A stretch of DNA of 64,000 nucleotides from positions 1 through 64,000 of IMG/VR virus record IMGVR_UViG_3300025168_000039; one strand, written 5' to 3'. Position numbers and translations under genes: made by a program. The DNA is from a virus. Shown piece after piece: positions 1 through 8,293 of this stretch (position 1 is its first letter; each line of letters opens with the position of its first letter). The notes below the pieces were generated by a model. It made no database searches, was not told the DNA's origin, and saw only the letters and a list, made by a program, of their open reading frames with translations.

Positions 1-1366
1 TAAGAGAAACTAATCCACCCTGTCGAAGAGATGCTACATTCTCTTCTTTATTCATATTAGCAACGGAAGCTAACCCACCAAAGTCAACAACTTCTGTACC
101 ACCAACCTCTGATACAAGTTCAGGATATTTTTCTTTAACTTCATTAGACATAGGACCAACAACTTTAGGATAAGTTTTAGGGTCATCTTTATATCTAAAC
201 GAATACATTGCTAAACCAGTAGCATCATCCATCCCTATTTTTTTAACATCTGTTTTTTCTCTAGGATCACTCTGTCCCATCGCACCAGCAGCCGATCCTA
301 ATGCTCCTATAAGTCCTGCAGTTTGTTGAAGATAAGTTGGTTGTGCTTGTCCTGGTCCTCTATTTGTAGTTGTACCGGCTGCACCTAATGCACCTTGAGT
401 AGGCTGAATAAACTGAGAGTACTGTTGAAGTGTAGCTTCTGGGAAAGTTCTTTCTTCTAAAAACTTTCTTTGTGTTATATCTAATTCAGCTTGGCTTTGT
501 CCTCTACGTGCTGCACCAACTGCTTCTAAACGTGCAAGCTCTTGTGCAGTCCCACTAGGTGCAACTTCTGCAAGTTGAGTAAGACTACGAGCAGCACCTA
601 ATCTACTCTCTTGTTGCGCTTGCGCTTGTTCCACTGCTTGTTTAAATGCTTGTCCTAAACCTGCAGTTCTTATATCGGTAATACCCTGCTCTAAATTACG
701 ACGGCGTTCTGCTTCTAGAATACCTTGCCTACTACCTCCAAATGCACCAGCCTTAACTGACTGTGCAGCTAATTCTTGTTCCTCTATGTCTCCTGCTCTC
801 CTACGCTCACGCTCTGCTATATCAATAACTTGAGAAGCATAAGGATTCATAAACCTTGAAATATCTGCATCAGTAGTTCCTAGACCAGCTAGTCCTGCAA
901 ACTGTGCAGCGGGTGTAGCAAAAGCTTGAGTTTGTCCTACTACATCAGAAGTAAGATCAAATGCTCTTTCTTGTTCTGTAGTAAAGTCAGCTATCTCTTG
1001 ACCCGTAAAAGGAACATAACCTTCTCCTTTACGAGTTTTATAAATGTCTTGTGCTTCAGAAAGAACTTCTTTAACATAAGGTTTTAATTCTTCAGGTATT
1101 TCTTTTGTTTGTACTGATGTTGTTTGAACAGGAGGAGGTGGGGGAGGTGAACCAAAGAACTGAACACACTTAGTATTTTCGTTTATCGTTCCTGCGCCAC
1201 CCATAGAACGAAGAACATCCATCTCATGTTTATTAACGTGAGCAAGTTCAGTATCTCCACATACGCCTTTACCAGATAAATCCTCATACAAGAAGTTGTA
1301 TAAGAATACTTTCTCCTCATTAGAGAAGTCAGACAAGACTTTGTTAAATTTATTTTTCATGCTCAT
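1..1366 (-). CDS. Internal virion/ejection (DNA transfer) protein with internal peptidase S74-like domain; runs off the window edge
   Basis: Manual translation MSMKNKFNKVL...GDTELAHVNKHE...EIPEELKPYV; homolog of 51951..54299; contains SDPREKTDVKKIG...MYSFRYK...VGPMSNEV...YPELV. Confidence 0.75.
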   Translation of the reverse strand, partial: MSMKNKFNKVLSDFSNEEKVFLYNFLYEDLSGKGVCGDTELAHVNKHEMDVLRSMGGAGTINENTKCVQFFGSPPPPPPVQTTSVQTKEIPEELKPYVKEVLSEAQDIYKTRKGEGYVPFTGQEIADFTTEQERAFDLTSDVVGQTQAFATPAAQFAGLAGLGTTDADISRFMNPYASQVIDIAERERRRAGDIEEQELAAQSVKAGAFGGSRQGILEAERRRNLEQGITDIRTAGLGQAFKQAVEQAQAQQESRLGAARSLTQLAEVAPSGTAQELARLEAVGAARRGQSQAELDITQRKFLEERTFPEATLQQYSQFIQPTQGALGAAGTTTNRGPGQAQPTYLQQTAGLIGALGSAAGAMGQSDPREKTDVKKIGMDDATGLAMYSFRYKDDPKTYPKVVGPMSNEVKEKYPELVSEVGGTEVVDFGGLASVANMNKEENVASLRQGGLVSL

Positions 1367-1368
1367 TG

Positions 1369-1797
1369 TTATAGTTCCTTAGTTAATACGGTGGCGTATT
1401 TTTTATAATTAAATTTCTCTAACTTTCTTTTCCAACCATCTCTTGCAATTATTTTAATATGCTTTACATTATTTTGTTTTGCATATTTAACAATGTCAGA
1501 GTTATCAGACACACAATAGTCTAACCATTTGCTTATCGTCCCTGTCTTCGCACCTACTAAACAGATAGTAAGAACATTATAATTAGGATATTTATCAAGT
1601 TGGGTTGTTGCAGCGACAACAATTCCATTCTCTTCATTAAGACCAACCCACAACGCCATTACTTCTGTTACTAATAAATTATAAATATCTTCTAAGTTGT
1701 ACTCTCCATGACTTCTCTCTAATGGTTTAGCTAGTAAATCTTTTACATGCGGCCATGTAACTTCTATACAGTTTGACCTTATCTTTGTAACTTCCAT
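1369..1797 (-). CDS. GNAT-like acyl/acetyltransferase of the virion morphogenesis module (P22 gp14/T7 gp13 position)
   Basis: 142 aa; LWV...YAKQNNVKHIKIIARDGWKR pattern; directly upstream of the ejection protein; homolog of 54301..54729. Confidence 0.55.
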   Translation of the reverse strand: MEVTKIRSNCIEVTWPHVKDLLAKPLERSHGEYNLEDIYNLLVTEVMALWVGLNEENGIVVAATTQLDKYPNYNVLTICLVGAKTGTISKWLDYCVSDNSDIVKYAKQNNVKHIKIIARDGWKRKLEKFNYKKYATVLTKEL

Positions 1798-3120
1798 TTA
1801 AGCTATCGAACTTAGTCCTTTCTCTGCATCAATTTCTTTTTGTTGCTCTTCTCTTCCAAATGCTTCTTTGCGAACATCTGTTAGAAAATCATCTAACTCA
1901 TCTGCACCAGCATCAGAAGAACCATTACCAAGCATAGACACTACATCAGCAGGTATAACATATTCATCTTTACTAAGAAGAGCAAAGTCAGGATTACCGC
2001 CTTCTACTCGGAAAGGTATTTCATCAGACATACCATCACCCTTTCCTTCTACTTGACCCTCAAAGTATTCTCCTACATCCCCGCCTTCTTGGAATCCTAA
2101 AAATTCTTTAACTTTAACACCATAAGATTTAATAGTATCTAGAATATCTCCATCAGAGTAATCTTTTAATTCTTCTGAGACTGCTTCCATTCTAGGTCTA
2201 ATTCCTGGCCTACCTCTTGCCACTGCCTTTCTATATTCGTCGTGATCTAAAAATTCTTTAGAGGCTTTATCAAATTTTCCTTGATTAATTAATCTTATAG
2301 TGTCAGTGCTTCCACCTAAACTTCCTCTAAACCATTCTCCTAATAAAGATACCTGTAAATCTTCTGGAAAAGAATCGAATTTTGGAATCCTTCTTCTAAT
2401 TTGAGGCAGTCTGTCTTTAATATCTTTTCTTAATAAAGTATCTGCTTCTTCTTCTGTTATTGTCTGTCCTGATTTTACATTAGCACTTGCGTGACCATGA
2501 CCTATGGTTAATCTATCACCTTTTGTAGGAATTTTTGCTGTTAGTAACAAACCTTCTTCATCTTTTAAAAAGTCTACAAATGGTTCTATGTTTTCATTTT
2601 CTATCCTGCCGCCTTCTTGCATAGGCATCATACTAGCTAATCCCTCTTGAGGAGCTACTTCACTGACTTGGATTTCTTCTTGCGCTTGAACCGGCCTATC
2701 CATTGGCATAGGCATTGCTGGCATAACTGTTCTAGTTCTATCGCGAAGTGATCCTGCCATACTTTTAACATCATCTAGATTTTCCTTTTCAGATTCTGCT
2801 TCTACACGTTTGTCTATCATGTTAGCTGCTTCACTACCCGCACCAAAAGCAGCCAGTGCTGCAGCAAATGGTCCTGTCTTCTGTGGGTTAGCCATAGCAT
2901 ACTGACCAGCTATATTAGTTACTTGACCAACAGCATCAGCAGGACTAAAGCCTACTGGCATACCTGTACCCATATCTACTTCTTGTTGACCTAAACTTTG
3001 TAAACCAGCTTGAGGAGAAGGCGTCTGCATTCGTTGTACTTCAGCAGGAGGACGTTGAGCAGCCTCACGTAAAACTTCTATTTCTGCCAGCTTATCTAAA
3101 CCGTCAATCATTATAAGCAT
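1798..3120 (-). CDS. Internal virion protein with embedded GH24-like lysozyme domain
   Basis: FLKDEEG...GDRLTIGHGH...ITEEEADTLLRKD lysozyme pattern between MQEGG and FQEGG; C-terminal GDGMSDEI..LLSKDEYVIPAD domain shared with 55429..57654. Confidence 0.75.
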   Translation of the reverse strand: MLIMIDGLDKLAEIEVLREAAQRPPAEVQRMQTPSPQAGLQSLGQQEVDMGTGMPVGFSPADAVGQVTNIAGQYAMANPQKTGPFAAALAAFGAGSEAANMIDKRVEAESEKENLDDVKSMAGSLRDRTRTVMPAMPMPMDRPVQAQEEIQVSEVAPQEGLASMMPMQEGGRIENENIEPFVDFLKDEEGLLLTAKIPTKGDRLTIGHGHASANVKSGQTITEEEADTLLRKDIKDRLPQIRRRIPKFDSFPEDLQVSLLGEWFRGSLGGSTDTIRLINQGKFDKASKEFLDHDEYRKAVARGRPGIRPRMEAVSEELKDYSDGDILDTIKSYGVKVKEFLGFQEGGDVGEYFEGQVEGKGDGMSDEIPFRVEGGNPDFALLSKDEYVIPADVVSMLGNGSSDAGADELDDFLTDVRKEAFGREEQQKEIDAEKGLSSIA

Positions 3121-3326
3121 CTCCTAATATCCATGTAGTTAGACTGTATCTTAGTCATATCTGCATGTAATGTATTTTCTTTATTATACAGCGAACCTTT
3201 TGAATATGCCATACCTTCAGCCTTGGTTGCTCCAAAAAAATCAGGCGGTTGTACTATACCTTTATTTACATTCTCAATAAATGTATTCTGATTTATTATC
3301 TCTAAAACTTTTTTATAATCGTGCAT
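3111..3326 (-). CDS. Hypothetical protein
   Basis: Tightly packed in the operon; no counterpart in segment B. Confidence 0.6.
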   Translation of the reverse strand: MHDYKKVLEIINQNTFIENVNKGIVQPPDFFGATKAEGMAYSKGSLYNKENTLHADMTKIQSNYMDIRRCL

Positions 3327-3592
3327 TAGTTAAAGTCCACCCAACTATTACCTACATAACCTCTAAACTTACTTGCGCTTACACAGAAAGCAATATCTCC
3401 ACTTGCAGGTCTACCTATTTCTGTTACCGTAGTCACACTAAATATCTTAGTAGCTGGCGTAGAGTCTACCTCTACATCCCTTGATTCTAAAAGAAACTTT
3501 AGTTCACCAGCATAAGATATAAGAGTATTGTATACTTCAGTTAAATCTTCTGTTGATTGATACTTAGGTAGTTCTGGGTAAAGGAAAGACAT
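3326..3592 (-). CDS. Small tail protein (needle/plug position)
   Basis: Homolog of 57713..57988; follows the tail nozzle gene. Confidence 0.55.
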   Translation of the reverse strand: MSFLYPELPKYQSTEDLTEVYNTLISYAGELKFLLESRDVEVDSTPATKIFSVTTVTEIGRPASGDIAFCVSASKFRGYVGNSWVDFN

Positions 3593-5460
3593 TACCGTTT
3601 ACCATCTCGTTGGACAGCCATACGAACACTACCCCATCTCCATGAAGTATTGAAACTATTACAAGAAACTCTTACGTTTGCTTGTCTACCTCTACCTCTG
3701 AAGTCTATCTTCTTTGTCCCTGAATTAATTTCAAACGGTCCTTTCTCAACCTCACTAGCAGCAGGAAACTCTTTAAAGTTAACAGACATATTTAGATCAC
3801 CTTGATTTATAGTATAGTCAGGAATAATCCTATCTGCAAAAAGTAAATCATTACCATCTTCTATATCAAAGTCTGCTGACTGTAAGAAGGAAGACAAAGC
3901 TACTCCATCTCCTGTAAACACTGATACAGGTTCATTATCCCAGATATGAGGTGTTGCTCCTGCAGATACCTTTCCTGTTGCTATGGTGTTAGTAAATACC
4001 GTAGCATCTTTAAAGGTTGTATAGAAACTAGTTCCAAATGCCCAGGTATTTTCTTCATAGTTATATAAAACATAAGCGTCAGGTTCTAATGAATTTTCTG
4101 TGGGATAGAACCAAATAATTTCATGAAACTCTGAGTTTACTGCAGCGTATACTTTATCTCCCTGTGTCGAGTTAAAGTCATCATATACATATCTACGAAC
4201 CGTACAATCTAGTTTATCTATTCTACCATCAAATCTATAGAAGTTATTATCCCCCATCCAATAAGAAATACCATCTACGTTAATAGCTCCATGTTGACCT
4301 ACTAACCCACAGTTAGTTCCTAGTTGTGATAAGGAAAATATGAATGGTGGACCAACATACTGTAAAGAGTATAAGGCTTGATCAGACCAAACATGAATTG
4401 TATTACGCGATCTAATACCGCCTTTAAGAGTTGTTCCGTCTACTACTTGTAACTCACCTGATGTAGAAGAAACTGATGGCGTCCAGTTAGTAAAGTCTTC
4501 TTGGTCTGACCATCTAATTAACAAAGGATTAAAAGCACTACCAGAAAACTCATTTGTTCCAAAAGCAATGACATGTCTATCATTAGGAGACACAACAATA
4601 CTGTTAATACTAACAGGAGCAGTAGTTACAATAGCTGCTCTTACTGGTGAAGTACTTGCATTAGCATCCCAGTGTAGTAAATTACCGCCTCTACGAACAG
4701 CTAATAAATCTTCTCCAAAGTTATCTAATGACCACTGACTAGCAGCAAAGACTATATCCGAAGCTGTAGAAGGTTTATTCCATGCTCTTTCTCCTGATGT
4801 AGATACACCAGCATTGTATACTCCTGCACTATAACCTAAACCTTGAATGTTATCACTCTGTCCTGTTCTTAAAAGAAAGTTAACTGTTCCTGTACCAGCA
4901 CTTGTACTTGTAGCTGTTGCTACACTTGTAGTACTAATAAGAAAACGATTAGTTCCACTTGTACTAACTGCTCTAAATACAGGTCCACCAAAACTACTTG
5001 CAGCAAAATTAGTACTAGCGAAGTTTCTTATAGATGCACTAGTAAAGAAAATAAAATCATTTACTGAAACACCGTTAGCATTAAGACTAACTGCAATTTT
5101 ATTAGAACCTGAAATAGTTCCTAACTTACCTATTGTTCCATCTGTCCCTACAGTTACTGTACTTACAATAGGAGTTATGTCATGTAAAACATCACTGGCA
5201 AGAAGATATAGTTTTTGTTCTGTACCAAAAGACAAAAGTTTTTCTGTATTATTATTCTGCCAAGTAAGTAAATCTCTTCCTGTACCATCAAAGGTAGTAG
5301 ACAAATGTTTTTGATAACCACGTAAATTTTCTGGTTTACCTGCTCTAAAACGTACACGATCACAATCATACCAAGAACCACCCTCAGAGTATTCTGTAGA
5401 CTCTCTGTGTATTCCAGGTCTAAGACTAAATTTAAATAAGTTTGCTGATGTACTTGCCAT
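3592..5460 (-). CDS. Tail nozzle / DNA stabilization protein (P22 gp10/T7 gp12-like)
   Basis: 622 aa beta-rich; IRWSDQED and WSLDNFGEDL motifs; homolog of 57988..59874. Confidence 0.75.
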   Translation of the reverse strand: MASTSANLFKFSLRPGIHRESTEYSEGGSWYDCDRVRFRAGKPENLRGYQKHLSTTFDGTGRDLLTWQNNNTEKLLSFGTEQKLYLLASDVLHDITPIVSTVTVGTDGTIGKLGTISGSNKIAVSLNANGVSVNDFIFFTSASIRNFASTNFAASSFGGPVFRAVSTSGTNRFLISTTSVATATSTSAGTGTVNFLLRTGQSDNIQGLGYSAGVYNAGVSTSGERAWNKPSTASDIVFAASQWSLDNFGEDLLAVRRGGNLLHWDANASTSPVRAAIVTTAPVSINSIVVSPNDRHVIAFGTNEFSGSAFNPLLIRWSDQEDFTNWTPSVSSTSGELQVVDGTTLKGGIRSRNTIHVWSDQALYSLQYVGPPFIFSLSQLGTNCGLVGQHGAINVDGISYWMGDNNFYRFDGRIDKLDCTVRRYVYDDFNSTQGDKVYAAVNSEFHEIIWFYPTENSLEPDAYVLYNYEENTWAFGTSFYTTFKDATVFTNTIATGKVSAGATPHIWDNEPVSVFTGDGVALSSFLQSADFDIEDGNDLLFADRIIPDYTINQGDLNMSVNFKEFPAASEVEKGPFEINSGTKKIDFRGRGRQANVRVSCNSFNTSWRWGSVRMAVQRDGKR

Positions 5461-5464
5461 TTTA

Positions 5465-6664
5465 TTATGGGGTATACTCTGTTATTTTAATATGCGACAT
5501 TGCAACACCATAATAAGGATCAGCGCCAGACACTAATCCATTAACTATACAAGTACCACCTTGAGCATTACCTATATGTACTTGAAAAGTTTTTTGAGAT
5601 GTGGCTCCTGCTGTAACTCTAACTCTTGCTACTAATGTAGATTGAGATGCTGCTCCAGCTTCAAAACTAAGACTACCACCTATTGCATTAGATACAGATG
5701 CATCAAATATAGCTATTCCTCTATTAGTATTATCACTAGCTATTCTTACCAACATTTCTACTTCAATAAGTAAAATATTGCTTGCAGATTGAGGTGTTAT
5801 AGTAATATCTAAAGCACTAACTCTATTACCTTCAGATAGTTGAGCAGGTGTACCCTCTTCAGGAAGAGCAGTATTCCCTACACCAACAACAGAAACCATA
5901 TCAACTGCTGTAACTTGAGCTACTAAATTAGTTGAGTTTGACCATTCAGGATTAGCACTTGAACCTTTAGTCTGCAAGAACTGACCGCTTGTACCTGCAG
6001 GAAGTCTTGCAATATTGCTTCCAGCATAATAATAAACATCTCCTTGAGCATCACTTCCAAAACTAAGTTTATTACCTAAACCATCAAATGCAGAAGCAGA
6101 TACTGTACCTGAAAATCTACCTGATACAGCAGATATAGAAGTGGTATGTATAGTAGTTGCAGATACAGTTGATGTTGTAATTTTAGTAGCATTAAGAACA
6201 CTAGTAGATACTGATGTAGCAGTAAGACTATTAGCGGTAAAAGAACTTACTGATGTTGGAAATGCAGTTTTATGTACATTAGTTCCATCAGTTGCTATCA
6301 TAACATTAGAACCTTGTTCTATTGTAATGGCTGTATTACCTGCAGTTTTAACTTTAAGAGCAAATGATCCAGATGTATTGTTTCTTACATAATACATCTT
6401 ATTAACAGAAGGAATAATAATAGAAGTTTCTGCGGTAAGTGTACCGTCAAAAGATAAGATAGCTTTACGTGATTGGTCTGTAGCACCATTAACCTGAGAA
6501 AGTGTTAAGGGCGTTGTTCCACTAACAGAGACTATTTGATATGCTGCAACCGCTTGATCAACTAGATCAATAACATTTGCATTGAGTATCGTTCCCCAAG
6601 AGTTAGGATTTTCTCCATCTCCTTGTTTCTCTAGTCTAATGTTTGTTGTAAATGTACTCGCCAT
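5465..6664 (-). CDS. Tail fibre / tail appendage protein
   Basis: N-terminal MASTFTTNIRLEKQGDGENPNSWG anchor shared with 59881..60855; divergent C-terminus; LARLPAGTSGQFL-type fibre motif (IARLPAGTSGQFL). Confidence 0.75.
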   Translation of the reverse strand: MASTFTTNIRLEKQGDGENPNSWGTILNANVIDLVDQAVAAYQIVSVSGTTPLTLSQVNGATDQSRKAILSFDGTLTAETSIIIPSVNKMYYVRNNTSGSFALKVKTAGNTAITIEQGSNVMIATDGTNVHKTAFPTSVSSFTANSLTATSVSTSVLNATKITTSTVSATTIHTTSISAVSGRFSGTVSASAFDGLGNKLSFGSDAQGDVYYYAGSNIARLPAGTSGQFLQTKGSSANPEWSNSTNLVAQVTAVDMVSVVGVGNTALPEEGTPAQLSEGNRVSALDITITPQSASNILLIEVEMLVRIASDNTNRGIAIFDASVSNAIGGSLSFEAGAASQSTLVARVRVTAGATSQKTFQVHIGNAQGGTCIVNGLVSGADPYYGVAMSHIKITEYTP

Positions 6665-6665
6665 T

Positions 6666-7046
6666 TTAAACTCCTAAGTGTGCTGTAGTCATAAACAAGA
6701 TATATCCTGTTTCTTCTAAACTTGTTTTAATTTTATAAGCTATTGCTTCTATCCCATAAATAACTTTAAATATATATATATCTTCAATAACTAGCCCTAT
6801 TAATTCTTCAGAATTTACGAAACATCTTTCTGATTTAGCCAGACTAAAAAACATAAGGTCTGCTTCTTTTTTAGATACTTCTAATGCCTGACCAATTCTT
6901 AATATTGCATCTTCATCTTCACAAAAACTTTTATATATTATAAAATCTTCAGACACAGGACTTTGTAAATGTTCTGCTTTTACAGGAAGAGACAAAAGAA
7001 AAACCTGTAAATAAAATATTGTAAAAACTATAATATATTTTAACAT
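6666..7046 (-). CDS. Exported protein with signal peptide and two Cys
   Basis: Hydrophobic N-terminus ending VKA; homolog of 60858..61196. Confidence 0.6.
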   Translation of the reverse strand: MLKYIIVFTIFYLQVFLLSLPVKAEHLQSPVSEDFIIYKSFCEDEDAILRIGQALEVSKKEADLMFFSLAKSERCFVNSEELIGLVIEDIYIFKVIYGIEAIAYKIKTSLEETGYILFMTTAHLGV

Positions 7047-7095
7047 TAATTTTCAAACTTTAAAAGGTAACTATCAAATTTCAAATTGTTTAGCA

Positions 7096-7416
7096 TCAAA
7101 CCCATTTTTTCATTGGTTCAAACCATACATATCGTTCACCGTCATCGGGATATGGAAAAGGTGCTTGCCACATATATTTATCATCTAAGACCCAGCTTGG
7201 ATAAGGTTGTGGAGCATAAAAAGCATCTTTTTCAGGATCATAAGTATCACCAATACCAGCAAAATTATATCTTATGTTATTATTATAACTTGTTTGTTTC
7301 CATGTACCACCCCAAAAATTAGCACACCAATTTTCACCATCAGCCTCCTGCGCATTATCAACTACGCAAACCCGTAGGACAATATTATTTTCATCTATTT
7401 CTGCAAAATGTGCCAT
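7096..7416 (-). CDS. Tail fibre-associated protein (chaperone-like)
   Basis: MAHFAEIDENNIV...WKQTSYN...PQPYPSW family commonly found next to Gly-rich fibre genes. Confidence 0.65.
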   Translation of the reverse strand: MAHFAEIDENNIVLRVCVVDNAQEADGENWCANFWGGTWKQTSYNNNIRYNFAGIGDTYDPEKDAFYAPQPYPSWVLDDKYMWQAPFPYPDDGERYVWFEPMKKWV

Positions 7417-7420
7417 TTTA

Positions 7421-8293
7421 TTATGCTGCCTGGAATTGATATCTAATTATAACTACGCCTGAACCGCCAGCACCACTAGCACTACTAGTAAAAAAAGCAC
7501 CACCACCACCGCCGCCGGTATTTACAGTCCCTGCTGTTCCAGGTCGAGAAGCATTTCTACCACCTGCACCACCACCACCAGCACCACCTGCGCCTGACAA
7601 GCCAGCACTGGCTCCACCACCGCCTCCTGCACGGGTAACACTTGACCCAGTAATTGAAGATGCTAAACCAGCGCCACCCGCACCGGCTGTTGGAGAACTT
7701 GACGCATCTTGTCCCGCAGCACCAGCACCACCTCCCCCAGGTGAATTACCATTACCGTCTAAACTATCTCCACCATCATTACCTTGTCCTGATGTAGCTG
7801 AACCTCCTGTTAAACCAGTCCCTGGACAGCAGCCTCCTCCTCCACCACCAGAGCCACCATCTTTACCATTAGAGTTGCTAGAATTACCAGATCCAGCTTC
7901 AGCACCGCCTCCACCGCCACCGTCCGATGTAATTGAAGAGAAGACGCTGTCTGATCCGTTATTCCCTTTTGTATTATTACTAGTTTGTGATGCACCACCA
8001 GCACCAACAGTAATGCTGTATGCTTGTTGAGCTACACTAAAACCAGTGGCTGTTCGGAAACCGCCAGCACCGCCGCCACCTCCATAATATCCTGCACCAC
8101 CTGAAGCGCCTCCAGCAACAACTAAGTATTGTACTACACCATCAGCCCCTAATTGTGTAATAGTAAATGTTCCACTAGAGTTAAAAGTATGTACTTTAAA
8201 ATTTCCATCCGTTGTTATTGTTCCACCAGTAGCTACAGTAAATGCAGCAGCTGAAGAAGAAATACCACCTTGTACTATAGGAAATAGTGACAT
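7421..8293 (-). CDS. Glycine-rich tail fibre tip / adhesin
   Basis: HTFNSSGTF, YLVVAGG, polyglycine runs, GGSGVVIIRY C-terminus. Confidence 0.8.
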   Translation of the reverse strand: MSLFPIVQGGISSSAAAFTVATGGTITTDGNFKVHTFNSSGTFTITQLGADGVVQYLVVAGGASGGAGYYGGGGGAGGFRTATGFSVAQQAYSITVGAGGASQTSNNTKGNNGSDSVFSSITSDGGGGGGAEAGSGNSSNSNGKDGGSGGGGGGCCPGTGLTGGSATSGQGNDGGDSLDGNGNSPGGGGAGAAGQDASSSPTAGAGGAGLASSITGSSVTRAGGGGGASAGLSGAGGAGGGGAGGRNASRPGTAGTVNTGGGGGGAFFTSSASGAGGSGVVIIRYQFQAA

